Below are positions 50,378-63,164 of a DNA stretch of 64,000 bases, piece after piece (the first letter of the stretch is position 1; the number at the start of each line of letters is the position of its first letter). Source of the stretch: Stylophora pistillata. Taxonomy: Eukaryota. Made by a program: the position numbers and the translations under genes. The notes beneath the pieces were generated by a model, which searched no databases, was not told the DNA's origin, and saw only the letters and a program-made list of their open reading frames with translations. The DNA lies in contig NW_019217786.1 of NCBI RefSeq assembly GCF_002571385.2, positions 927,676 through 991,675 on the forward strand, written 5' to 3'.

Positions 50378-51978
50378 AGATGAAGCCCTCTTCTGTCACC
50401 GCCAAGAAGAGGCCTGATCATCGTCTGACGTGGGCGGGTTGAAGGTTCTACAACCACAACCTGTCCCAGACTCCCTACCTCTATCTATCGTCTCAGAGGA
50501 CTCGTAAACTGTTAAACTTGCCAAATATTATTGTCCGTACCCTGGAATTTTTTGGATTACACAGAAGCAGGAGTGGTGTGAGAAAAAGGATAATTTCGAG
50601 AGTTTTTCATTATCTTAGTTTTGAAAAATGTAGTTAGAACAGGTTAGAATTTTGAAATCTATTTATGTGGCCGAACAATTCTTATAGTGATGGGGTTTTC
50701 CCCATGATTGAATCGTTCTGGCCAATCAAATGTGATAATCAAGTCTGACTACAAAATCAGTAGTTGGAGTCGTGACGTGTGATCTAGTTCGATGACATTC
50801 TAGTTCGGGGACAAGTTTTTACTATAATTAAGTTCATCAAGACGATGAATCAAAACTGAAATTGATGTAATCAAGAAAGTTGTAGAAAAGAATAGATTAA
50901 AGAAGTTTTACAAACGAAAGACGCATAGAGCTCGTTATGATGGTCTCTTATCTATGGAGTAGCGGTACATTGTGCGTTTTCGAGATGATCTCGTTCTTTG
51001 CTTGACTAAGGCGAGTGAGTCAGGCATATTCACTGTCTTCACACGGATGGGCGATTGTGAATTCATCAGGTAACTTCTTGTGGATTTATCGAACCCAACC
51101 TAACAGCCAGTTCTCACTCTCAGTATATTTTCCCAGTTATTTAAATTGGTTTTCCAATAGGATTCCACGGGTATCTATCGTTCTTTTTCATGCATGCTGG
51201 ATATTGCTGACATCTCGGACAAACGTCCTGGTGAAATTTGTCATTCTAATTCCTCTCGACACGGGTGTAACACAAATGCTAATTTAATACCAGAGATGTC
51301 TTATTTTGTGCATATATCAAACGTAGAACTTGACACACGTACCTGCCCGAGCATATATTCATAAGAAACCAGAGAAGAGAGAAATGAATTGTTGAGAGAA
51401 GTTAGCCCTTTGTCAGAGCGAATTTACATTATCGACTTAGTTGATAAAACCAAAATTACTTTGGCTAGACCAGTTCGGTACAACTTCCTTGTTTCAAGTA
51501 AACCTACTGCATGGCATACCCACAAAAGAGTGAAGAAGACCAAAATCTCAATTTCGAGTCATAACTGAAGGTGAGTATTCTAAAACGACTTTTCTTTGTT
51601 GGTAACCCAGGATAAAGCCTGAGCCTTTTCGATCTGATTCTAAGTATTTGACGTAAATACTAACGGAAATCTTTCATGAAAAATTTATTCCACAAATGGT
51701 TCGGTTGAAATGAGGAAGTGAACTGTCTGATTTCTCATTAATGATATGATAACGAAAGCGGTTAATTGTCACACAATTCGGAGCGAGCGTGTTAGACCAT
51801 GCGCAGTTGATTTTCATAGTTGGAAAGTCATTCCTCCACGAAAAAGCGAAAGTTTTTAACTGTGATCTGGATTATTGCATTCTCAAAAGCAACTTACCAT
51901 TATATTTAAATGAGAAGAAACAAGCTCAGTCTTGATTTGTCTGTACAGGTCAGGTTTTCTGAGAAATTGAAACCGATA

Positions 51979-54900
51979 ATGCTTCTATTTACAGCTGTTG
52001 TTATTTTAGGTAAGTACAGTCTGCTGTACGATCTTCCCCGACTGAAATAAGCTTTACTTTCAATCCTAGAAGGCAAACTGGGACATTTTGAAACGGCGAA
52101 GGTATAGAAGGCATTGAAAGAGATAATTTCAAGGTGTTCAGGCAGTTATGAGCATCAAAATAACTTGCCTGGGTTTAACATACAAGTAATCTCAAGCCAC
52201 GTTAGCTTCAGCTTAGTCATATCTCGAAGAAAGTTGAATTTGTGTAACGGTAACCTTGGTATGCGTACATAGGCTATAGGAACTCATAGGATCAAATGGA
52301 ACTTGATTTGATTTCGGAAGGTTAATGTTGGTTGCCGGTTTTATGTTAAGCATCTATTTATTTTGTAATCTACAAAAGCTAAAGAAGCTCGCCAGCACTA
52401 TAGCTGCCGTGTCGCTCCAGAATTGATCGAATGACGTTATCATAGTTAATCTTTCTCTCGCTAATATCTACTGATGATAGGCTCTCTTTACCCATGTAAC
52501 GCCGAGTTGCCGGCTGTGGGGAACTGTACCTTCATGGAATACTACTGTAGCTTACGAAACTACGAATCAACATTCTTCAAGGCGATGAAGGAAGAGACTT
52601 CCGCAGATTGTGGGTAAGAAGTAAGCGTAAAAAAAGTAATTAAAAATACTTCCCACGGTTTACTACTTTTATTTCCATATAATTCACGAGCGCGTTTGCT
52701 TCTTTGTGTGACCTGTCGATCTTCATGGCATGTCCCGTTTTAATCAACCGCATAGACACTTACCAACTGCAAGTGTTTATGTAATTATCTACGTTGTTGA
52801 CTAACTGATAGCGCCTCAAACTTTTTTCGGGGCCAAAGCTCCTCGTGTCAATTACATTTAAAATAAATAATCAAACATAGAGTTAAGGGTTGTTCATGAA
52901 AATCCTGACTCCTTCAGCCATACAGCTACACATTTCTAGCCCCCTGGTTGCCATATACCAGTATTTTGTTGTCTTTATATTTCTCAGTTTGAAAATTTGA
53001 AATCTAGAGCTGGCATTACATGACCGTGTATGATACCCTTAATCAGATCATGTGCTAAGGCTTGCAAAGGCCTTAGGCTGAACTTCATATACGATAAATG
53101 ATTCACTATTCCGATAATAGAGGGCCGGAATCAGGGTGATTAAACTTCCATGAACCTCCTTTATTCTTAGCAAGCCGTATTCAAACTCCAGATGCTCAGC
53201 ATTTTTACATGTAAAGGTAATTTTTATTATCTGCACGATTTCATTCAATTATCCAACTCTCTCTCATTTGTTTTCCTATTTTATGGTAAAGGCTCCAATT
53301 CTGGATTTTATTTTATCGCTCCATCGAGAAATCAAGGAAATGTTCGAAAACTAGACCAGAATCAAAAGTGGCTGACATTGAGGAAATGAGATCGCTTTAC
53401 TGCAGCGGGAAAGACTTAGAGATACCGCTTGTTTCTTCGCTGTCCTTGTGTTCTCCCAAACACAAGAGCCGAGTTGATGCATGCATTCGTGACTATGCGG
53501 TTACGTTTTCCAGGGACCCGAACGACAAATCACTGTGCAGGTATCTAGTTCTTTTTTTTTTTTTTTCTATCTCTCAGGGCGGCTAAATGCCGTACATCAA
53601 TTGTGTTCTTCGGATTAAAAATAGCGATTGACACATTTCTTTTGATCATAGCATTTGTCAATAGATGTCCAAACGGATCACTATTTGCAGCCAGCACTTT
53701 ACTGAGGGTCTGAATGGGGGTACTTCGATAACACTAAATACTTATTTTTTTCGGCTACATAACGTTAAACAATTAATTTTTAGCCATTTTGACACTAACA
53801 TTAAAAAAATTCACTGTAACATAATTTTTTTTTGCCCATAAACAAACAAACCACGCCCTACTAGGGGAAATATCTATGTTGGGCCCATGTTTGTTGTATG
53901 AAAGAGGTTTTTTCGGCCAATTTCCAAAAATTCGGGATTATTTCAAGACTTCCGAAGAGTGAGGAAGATATCCGAAAGCTGCCGGAGATGTTCGAAGGCT
54001 GCCGAAGAGGTCCAAACACTTCCGAAGATATCCAAAGACCGCCGAAGATGTCCACTGAGACTGCCAAAGATGTCCACAGACTTAAGACCGACGATATTTG
54101 AAGACTACCGGAGATTTGGCTTGTATAACCTATAAAAGTTCTATTCTTAAAGCGCTTTTACAGCGAGGATACACTAACCGTGACCACTTAGAGAGAATAT
54201 ATCAGTAACAAATCAGATTACGATATTCAAATCAAACAGCCAATGGGATGGAACATCAAAATAAATAGTAAAAATTCAGCAAATTTATGGATTGTCTTTA
54301 CCAATAAAATCGGGTACAGTACTCACAATGTATAATGGTCAACAAAAATGACAGACATGTCACTCCATCCTGGCCATAGACATTTAGTTCTATTCCATAC
54401 CTGAATAGTCCTAATTGTCCTGATAGTCCCAGATGTTTCTAAAGATCAAGGCGGAAATGAGCGCGGATGGTGCCACCAAATCCGCTGAACGTTACGTTAT
54501 GTCTGTATCATTGTCCTCATCGCTCTCCAAGTCGGTGTCGAATTCATCCTCTTGCTCGGGGAGGTCCGTCACGTCACCAACTGCGACAACTTCGAGCATG
54601 CTTTCGTCAACAAAGGTGATTCTCGCTACTTCGTCTATAACTCGTGGAATATTTGTATCCTGTTCGACTCGTTCTTCATTGTCTGTCCCTGGATTGTCCT
54701 AAACATCCTCTTGGAATGTTACTCAAGTACACGATGGCGTAAAGGAATATACAACTGGCGGCAGGGCTCCCGCTTTGTCCTTTGTTGTTTCGCTTCTTAC
54801 CGTTCTTTGTCTGACAGGTCGCTACCTGTCAACCAATTCCTTCTTGGCTGCCTCAATGTTGGGATCAGCGTTACCAGCTGGAGGAGGTTTCATCAAATCT

Positions 54901-55754
54901 ACATTCCGTAACTCCGCACTGGATTTAGGCACCGGATAATAACTTCTCCAGTGTGAAGTACTTCGCACCCCACTTCGTTGTTCTACCGAAGCGAATTGAA
55001 AGTCTCGTTTTTGAAGTGGGAGATTGCATAAAGGTTCTCCACCTGAGTTATTAGCAGCGTACGCAGGTCAATGTCACCGAGATACCAGTTTACATTATTA
55101 ACGTTATCTCGTAGCTGTTCCATACCTCGTTCGAGAAGCACCAATATTGACTCCTGCGTTTTGCTGGAAATAGTTCCTTCCGGGCCATTTGTTGCTGCTA
55201 TTTCTTTCATTTTATAGTGCTGCCTTACTTCAGCGACTGTGTTTTTAATATGAGCATTTACATTCGCAAACAATGATTCGTCCCAGTACTCCCCAGAATG
55301 TAGACAAGAGCATTTCAGCTTTGGCTCACTGTTCGCGAGTGATTTTCTTGATTTTCTTGCAGAATTTAAATGAGCAGATAAAATTTGAAAATGCTTAGAG
55401 AACTTTGGGATCTCCTTTCAAACACTAAACAGTATTTTTTTCATAAACAATAAACATTAAAAGAAATGGCTAATTTAACAGTAAACAGTAAAAAACATGC
55501 GCAAATAACACTAAACACTAAACCCCATTCAGACCCTCTTTACTTTGTGTTCATTACTACGTGAATACGTTTACATTTGTAGACCTCTCTAATAAACTAG
55601 AGATCTTTATTTGGTGTCGAAATATGCTCGTTTTTATTATTATTATTATTAATATTATATTATTATTATTATTATTATTATTATTTCAACTCTCTCCAGT
55701 TGTCGGGTGTTCCACTGGGTAACGTTGTTTGTGTCTCTGCAACTTCCCTTATTA

Positions 55755-55786
<32 letters not shown>

Positions 55787-56363
55787 GTCTCTTTTATCAC
55801 AGTCTTTGCTGGTGTTCTTTTTGTGCATCAGCCGGGCCCAAACCATGCACCTAGAGCGTCAGTCACTTAAGTCAATCATTCTGTTCATACACTGAGCACC
55901 TTTATAAGGATTCGGGGCGATCCCAGCATGCAGATCTTTTGAATCTCTGTCATAGTAGCTCTCTCTGATACTTTCTTGATGTTTTCTATCACACTCTTAT
56001 TATTATTATTATTATTATTACTATTATTATTATGCTTAAGAGGTACAAGAAAGAAGAGAAGAACATTTGAGACATTCGATACAGATTTTTTAATTGACAA
56101 TGCTGTGGCAAATGTAGGCGAGACGTTTTTAAAATTTGTTTTTACAGTTTTTTAGAGTAAGAGTGTCATTTCCCTTCTCATATATTTTTTTAATGTATTT
56201 CACTTTTATAAGGATAATTTTGATACAAGTTTTTTTTTAAAATTCTTTCAATACGAACGAGTAGTTGCTTTCGCGATTTTTATATGTAGGTCGTTTTTGT
56301 TATCAAAGTTAGTTTGGGTCTGATACGAGTCTGATCCTAGAGAACCGAAAAAAAATATTATTA

Positions 56364-56397
<34 letters not shown>

Positions 56398-56825
56398 TGA
56401 AGATTCGTTCTCGGAAAACTGTTGGCTTCCTGGAACATATAACATCCGCCCATATATTCGCGCAAAATGGAAGCCAAGGTTTAACTGAACATCATGAGTT
56501 TAGCTTATTCCTACAATGAACCACTGATTCCATAAATGAAAGGCCAACTGATATTTTTCCCGATTTTTTCAATGGAAAAAATTATCCTTTTTCCAAAATC
56601 ACTTGAGCNNNNNNNNNNNGTTCATTACTACGTGAATACGTTTACATTTGTAGACCTCTCTAATAAACTAGAGATCTTTATTTGGTGTCGAAATATGCTC
56701 GTTTTTATTATTATTATTATTAATATTATATTATTATTATTATTATTATTATTATTTCAACTCTCTCCAGTTGTCGGGTGTTCCACTGGGTAACGTTGTT
56801 TGTGTCTCTGCAACTTCCCTTATTA

Positions 56826-56857
<32 letters not shown>

Positions 56858-57434
56858 GTCTCTTTTATCACAGTCTTTGCTGGTGTTCTTTTTGTGCATC
56901 AGCCGGGCCCAAACCATGCACCTAGAGCGTCAGTCACTTAAGTCAATCATTCTGTTCATACACTGAGCACCTTTATAAGGATTCGGGGCGATCCCAGCAT
57001 GCAGATCTTTTGAATCTCTGTCATAGTAGCTCTCTCTGATACTTTCTTGATGTTTTCTATCACACTCTTATTATTATTATTATTATTATTACTATTATTA
57101 TTATGCTTAAGAGGTACAAGAAAGAAGAGAAGAACATTTGAGACATTCGATACAGATTTTTTAATTGACAATGCTGTGGCAAATGTAGGCGAGACGTTTT
57201 TAAAATTTGTTTTTACAGTTTTTTAGAGTAAGAGTGTCATTTCCCTTCTCATATATTTTTTTAATGTATTTCACTTTTATAAGGATAATTTTGATACAAG
57301 TTTTTTTTTAAAATTCTTTCAATACGAACGAGTAGTTGCTTTCGCGATTTTTATATGTAGGTCGTTTTTGTTATCAAAGTTAGTTTGGGTCTGATACGAG
57401 TCTGATCCTAGAGAACCGAAAAAAAATATTATTA

Positions 57435-57468
<34 letters not shown>

Positions 57469-58077
57469 TGAAGATTCGTTCTCGGAAAACTGTTGGCTTC
57501 CTGGAACATATAACATCCGCCCATATATTCGCGCAAAATGGAAGCCAAGGTTTAACTGAACATCATGAGTTTAGCTTATTCCTACAATGAACCACTGATT
57601 CCATAAATGAAAGGCCAACTGATATTTTTCCCGATTTTTTCAATGGAAAAAATTATCCTTTTTCCAAAATCACTTGAGCATTGCTCTATCTTCAGTTTAG
57701 TGATAATATTCCTCAGTGTACGTAATATTCAATAGTTTCTGTATGATTTTTATTGTGACAGTAAACGTGGAGAAGCTAGGATTTGTGTGAAAATGGCATG
57801 GCGTAACTATTGCACCCTGAATATCACAGCTACGTCCACGGGGATATTCGAAAATGTTACCACTAAGTTTAACCCATTTTGTGATGGAGAGAGAGATGCA
57901 TGGGCTTCAGGAGAAGATCAGTGCATGCAATACTATGAAGACCCCATTCAGTCTACTTCGCCTACTCAGCCGGTTTGTAGCAGAGTAGGACGCCGCGAGT
58001 ATTCCATGACTGTTCTTGGTCTCTTTGGCAGAATCTTTGGCTTTATGCTCTTGCACTTTGTGTTCGGGAGTAATTAA
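51979..58077 (+). CDS. Uncharacterised secreted Cys-rich protein with hydrophobic C-terminal tail (242 aa)
   Basis: Exons 51979-52009, 52481-52613, 53292-53540 and 57762-58077 splice GT-AG in consistent phases (1,2,2) to a stop-free 729-nt CDS. N-terminus MLLFTAVVILGSLYPCNA looks like a signal peptide; 14 Cys. Confidence 0.8.
53704..55538. mobile_element. TIR DNA transposon remnant with GAGGG ends and 6-bp TSD
   Basis: TIR GAGGGTCTGAATGGGG / CCCCATTCAGACCCTC, TTTACT on both flanks, a decayed minus-strand ORF (TNGPEGTISSKTQES..QVENLYAISHFK) and internal CCGAAG repeats. Confidence 0.75.
55549..57679. repeat. Apparently exact 1.06-kb tandem duplication around an N gap (probable assembly artefact)
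   Basis: 55549-56608 matches 56620-57679, and the ORF track repeats identical peptides offset by 1071 bp. Confidence 0.9.
55786..55997 (-). mobile_element. 5'-truncated Dong/R4-like non-LTR element inside (TAA)n
   Basis: VIENIKKVSERATMTEIQKICMLGSPRILIKVLSV* plus a 3' UTR, bounded by TAA microsatellites. Duplicated at about 56857-57068. Confidence 0.6.
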
Positions 58078-58157
58078 AACCTAGCGCATGTGGACTATCG
58101 TTAACATAGTGCCAATCAATTCATTTGGATAGATAGATACTTTTAGATAGATAGATA

Positions 58158-58530
58158 CAGAAGACTAGGTGACCGATTCCGAGAACACCTTCACGACGTG
58201 GAGAGGAATGGCAGGGACACATCAAAACCAGTCGCTAGACATTTTAATTGACCTAATCATTCTAAGCAACATAAGGCAATCTGCGGTCTTTCCTTACACT
58301 TACGTAGCATGAAAAGCCGTAAACTCTTGAACAAAAGCTCATCTTTCAAACCGGCAGTCTAAATCCCACAGGTATCAACGAACGCTTTTCATTCCACTAA
58401 TTTATTCGTGTTTTTCTCGTTGCCATGTTCCCACCAATAACGTAGTTCCATTTTCTTCCTTTAAAAGCACACACAACCCACAATTCCTCTATTCGCTCCG
58501 ACGAAGGCCTAACGCTCGAAACGTCAGCTT
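58158..58530 (+). mobile_element. Penelope-like element 3' end (GIY-YIG tail plus pLTR with hammerhead-like motif)
   Basis: RRLGDRFREHL..KPVARHFN..EQKLIFQ..P.GINERFSF, then CGCTCCGACGAAGGCCTAACGCTCGAAACGTC at about 58494-58525. Confidence 0.8.
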
Positions 58531-58652
58531 TTACTGGTAAATACTTCGCAACTGAATTGCGTATTCACAGATATAAAATAGAAATTACTGTGTATGTGTA
58601 TACATCTTATTATTAAAAAATACGTAGTTCGTCGTAAGGGGGAACTTGTACG

Positions 58653-59614
58653 TTATTTGTGGCTGTTAACTATTCTGGCCGAAGCAACAAAAAAACTGTT
58701 TTTAAGTTTATTCGTCTTGCAAAGTGGCAAAGCAAAGGTACGCTCGTGCCTTAACCTATGAGAGCTTACATAACGGGGTGGCAAAAATTTACTTAATTTG
58801 TGCTGATGATCGTTCATTATATTGCGAAATGTTGCTGTACACATATTTTCATGGTGGTCTTTCACAGTTGGAAGATTCATAATAGCTAAGGCCTGTTCGT
58901 ATTGCATACCAGGACAAATTATTTTCATGGTTCTTTCCTGAATACGTTCTAGTTCTTGGTGGAGGTATTCAGGGAGAAAGTAATGAAAAACTTGTGCTGC
59001 ATAATCGATTACGGATCGTACACATGCCGTATAAAAGAGGCAAAGGTCTTTTGGTGAAACGTGAGCTCTTTTTAGCTGAACAAGGAAATAGGTTCTCTTC
59101 GCTGCTTCCTTGGTAATCTCAGTTATGTGAGCGTTCAATTCCATTTCAAATCTTTCGAGATGGTAACACCCAAGAGTTTGGCTTGTTTAACCAATTTCAT
59201 GTGTTTACCATCGATTGAAACTGGATCGAAATCCTTTGGAACTGAAGAGAAACCAATTCGCAGCTCTTTGCAATTGTCTGTGTTTAGTTTAAGTCTGTTT
59301 TCCTTCGACCACCCTATTATTTGGTTCGTGGTATTTTGAGCTCCATTGGGGTGACCTTTCTTCACAACTTCTGAGGCCGTCATATCGTTGACAAATCTCC
59401 ATAGGGGGGCGTTGATGATCGCTAAATCGTCTGTCATAGTCAAGAAAAGCCAGGGAACTAATTTGGTACCTTGCAGGACACCAGATGGAACAGAGCCCCA
59501 TTCCGATACGCACCCATCAAGCATCTTAATTCTCTGATAACGGTCTGACAGGAAATCAATTATCCAGTTGATGACGCTAGGCATTATGTCATAACTTATT
59601 GACGAGTATACCAT
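58653..59614 (-). mobile_element. CR1/L2-clade LINE RT fragment
   Basis: WIIDFLSDRYQR, SGVLQGTKLVPWLF, degenerate FVND, KLLGV..DLKWN and LERIQ, with frameshifts. Confidence 0.85.
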
Positions 59615-59952
59615 GGTCGATCAAGTCAAATGCCTTCTTAGAATCGAACATTTATTCCCAATCTCGATAGTAGAAATATGGCCCATTTTCAGAGCTGCAA
59701 AATACGCGATTCTTCGCTCACAGGGAAGTTTGAGGAGAGCTGGCGAGAGGTTTGTGATGTGTCTGGTACTTATTATCATTTGTGCCAGGCCCCTTGCCGA
59801 TCTCTCGCCGGCTCTCTCCAGGGCCGGGCCCCCATTTTTCTCGCGGAAAAGAAAACACTCTTGCCGCATCGTATATGATGAGTGCCCGCTCGCTAGCTAT
59901 TTTGAATTCGGTCCGGCTATAACCACACAGTGTCAACTGCATTTGAATACCT

Positions 59953-60125
59953 AAAATAACCACATTTTCCGGGCTCCATAACGTGATAAAGCCGCGCGGG
60001 ATGTTGGGGGAGAACACGAGGAAAGTTAAGTCACGAGCTGAAGGCGAGTGATCTTACAAGCTTTCCGAGTGTTTTCTCCCAACATCCTTACTGGCTTTAT
60101 TACGTTATAGAACCCGGGAAAAAAA
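59953..60125. repeat. Long hairpin repeat (Crypton-like)
   Basis: GGATGTTGGGGGAGAACAC..GCTGAAGGC loop..GTGTTTTCTCCCAACATCC. Confidence 0.55.
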
Positions 60126-61689
60126 GCTAACATGTTCCTGAAGTCAAACAATGAACTAGTTATCTAGCAGACCATTATCAACTTTGCAGATCTGTTTTAG
60201 TTTTGTCTATAACACTGACTTAAACTTGATACGGGATGACGTTTCTGAGCTGATCTCCTAACATGAGGCGCAGCGGTCAGGAGTTGAACTCGAGACGACC
60301 GCGCACCATCTAACCCTATTCAGAAACAACATGAACGTCATTTTTTTGCAAACTACCGGAGAACAGGACTGAACTTGTATTATTCGCTCAGTCCATCTTC
60401 AAGGACTCAAGTTCGATTCAGTGATGAAGCAAAAGCAAAACGGAGACTTCAAATAGCTGAAATTAGCATTTTCATGTATTCAGTTACTCATTCTAAACAT
60501 GTTTTACGCCAACCACTCACCTGAAATAAGAAAAAAACTTCAAAAAAAAAACTTTGTTTATTTTGTCGGAATAACCAGTGATACCCCACTTTATTTCTTT
60601 TGAATTTGAGAATGATGTTCCCCAAGTGAATGAATGTAGTCTTTATTAAAAATAAGTAGACTCATCAGACGTGGGTCTTTACAGTCAATGAGCATTAAAT
60701 AAAGATTATCTGTACAATCGAGTATAAAGATGTGATTATAGACATTTAAAACTTCCTCTGTTCATAAAAATGTTGATAGATCTTTCCGTCTTTATTTGGT
60801 GTAAACGGAACTCATGTCCCAGTTTTCTTGGTGTTCTTATCCGTTTCGGCAGCAGCAAATCATGGAGTTGATGGTTTTCTGTAGTTATAATCTTATTAAA
60901 CAGAACTGAGTTGATCTTTCTTCTCAATTAAGGTGGCTGAACACAGTCAGTTTGCGCGCGCTTTTGCAGATGCAACTCAGCGCGCGCACAGGGACTGTAA
61001 AAAACAGACATGCCGTCAATGGAGCGGTCATTTTATTTACTCAACACGCACCCGCACTATCTATGCTATATTTTTCTCTATAGTTGGCGCAGTGTATTGA
61101 AGGCTTTAAGCTTTTATTGCAAAGATATGTTAGAAAAGTAAACGGTACAAAGAACCCAGCAATTCTCAGCTTTTTCGTCGTTACCGAAAGAACCCAGTTA
61201 GATGCAGCGCATGCGTAGTAAGTAAAAAAATTGCGATAGAATTGAAAATTTCCTTCTCGGAAAATACTTTAAGAAATAAGTAACTGGAGTATTGAAAAAA
61301 ATTGATTTTAAACAAAAGGAAATCGAGTGAACCTTCAACAAGGGATAATTAAAGATCTCTCTGTGAAATTGTTGGCAAAATGGTGTTAACTTGTGAGTAT
61401 CGTTACAAGTTCGTTGCATGCAAATTATAAAGAAAATCCAATCACTTGATCTTCTACAAAGAAACAAAACCGATTTTAATTGCTTGTTTATATCTATTCA
61501 TGTTGCCATGGCAACGGCACATACGTCAGCTTAACTATCAAAAAACAAAGTTTGTGTTGTTAACTTGCTTGCTGCCAGTTTTGGCGACCGAGAGATCAAG
61601 GGTTTCAAAGAAAATGGTGAAAGAAACAAAGGTATCAAATTCTGTATTCAGCTGATATCCTGAGATCTGTCCAGGTGGTGTAGCTGTAT

Positions 61690-62900
61690 CTATAAGTTCA
61701 GTTACAGAAGTTATCTATTGGAGCCAATTCCATTCCAAATACTTCTGATAAGCAGATCCCCAGACTTCTCTGCCATACGCAAATAAGGATAAGACGAGGG
61801 AATCAAGTAGCTTGTTAAGTTGGTCTTGAGAATAACCATAAAATTTGCAGATTCTCAAAATGTACAGTCAACTACTTGCTTTGGCTATAAGGTTGTCAAC
61901 ATGGATGTCCCAGCAGCGAGGGTTTTCTTGAAATGTGATACCGAGTAACTTCAACCAGTTTTTACGTTCAATGCCAGGTACCAGTGGTGGGTTAGGCATG
62001 GTACTCTTGCTGCAGATCAACATTTCCCATGTTTTCGAAAGATTTAAGGTCATTTTGTTACTATTAGCCCAATGTTTCATACTGTTGACTTCGTTAGTTG
62101 TTGTATCAATACTGTGTTTGGTTACAGGGATGCTAATGGTAATATGGTCATTAGCAAATTTCATCATAAGGTTCCTTCTAGGGTTGGCTAACTGCACATC
62201 ATTAACCATCAAAGAAAACAGAGTGGGGCTAAAAACCGCTCCTTGAGGCACGCCTTTATTAATGTCTTAGAACTCAGTAGTTAATCCGTCAACCACAACT
62301 CCCTGTTTTCTGAGACTCCGAAAGTCAAGAATCCAATTGATGACGTAAGGATAAATGCCTGGCATCTTGAGTTTATCGAAGAGGATGTCATGAGGTACAG
62401 TGTCAAAATGCTTTACTTAAGTCAAATGACAGTACCCGTGCGAAGTCTGCCATGGCGTCATTGTCCTGCCATTTCAACCAATTGTGCTGTGACTTTAGGA
62501 GCGCCATTATAGTGTTGGAACTTTCTCTGTAGGAAAACTGGTCAGGTCAGTGACTCGAAAGCCTCTGTATCTCAGACCCGACTAGTAACTTCTCTAATAT
62601 TCTAGTTATGATATTTGTAAGGGAAATAGGTCGTAGCTGGTTGTAGCTCGTTAAAGGTGATTCCCTTGGAATAGGAGTGACATTGGCGAGTGTCCAAATA
62701 CAAGGCACGGGTTGTTACAGCAACGAACGATTGAACAACCTCGTGATAACTGGAGCCAGGAATTGGGTGAAATCTTTCCACATCCAATAAGGAAGCCCAG
62801 TCGATGTACGCTTTTGCTGTGTAAGGAATCTTTCGACCGAGTGGACTTCGAAAGCTGGGATACGAGTGTCAGCCGGAATGAGAATCGGCCGTGGGCTGAA
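61690..62900 (-). mobile_element. Second CR1/L2-clade LINE RT fragment
   Basis: GVPQGAVFSPTLF, degenerate KFAND, MTLNLSKTWEM and LKLLGI, with an upstream FDLSK/FDTV-like remnant. Confidence 0.75.
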
Positions 62901-63164
62901 TACTAATTTAATTTAATTTATTAGCTTTGCCAAAAATACATACAATATAGAACGCGGATAAATTACAAAAACAATAACGGGCAGGCAACCACAACAGCGA
63001 TAGCCAATTACTGTGGTCCCAAGAGTAAAACGATTACATCAATAGTAGTAGTAGTAGTAGTGAACTTTATTTGTGTGTCGCGAGAAAATCTAGCGCGTAG
63101 CACTAATTGGGGACACACAGGGTAACAACGCTTAAAAAAAAGTTAGAAATCNNNNNNNNNNNCT

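Noticed and set aside
53898-54110. Repetitive CCGAAG ORF
   Set aside because: Degenerate tandem repeat inside a transposon; no coding evidence.
55549-57679. Real recent tandem duplication or LTR pair
   Set aside because: The copies look identical even in microsatellite lengths and flank an 11-N gap, typical of unmerged contig overlap; no LTR hallmarks.
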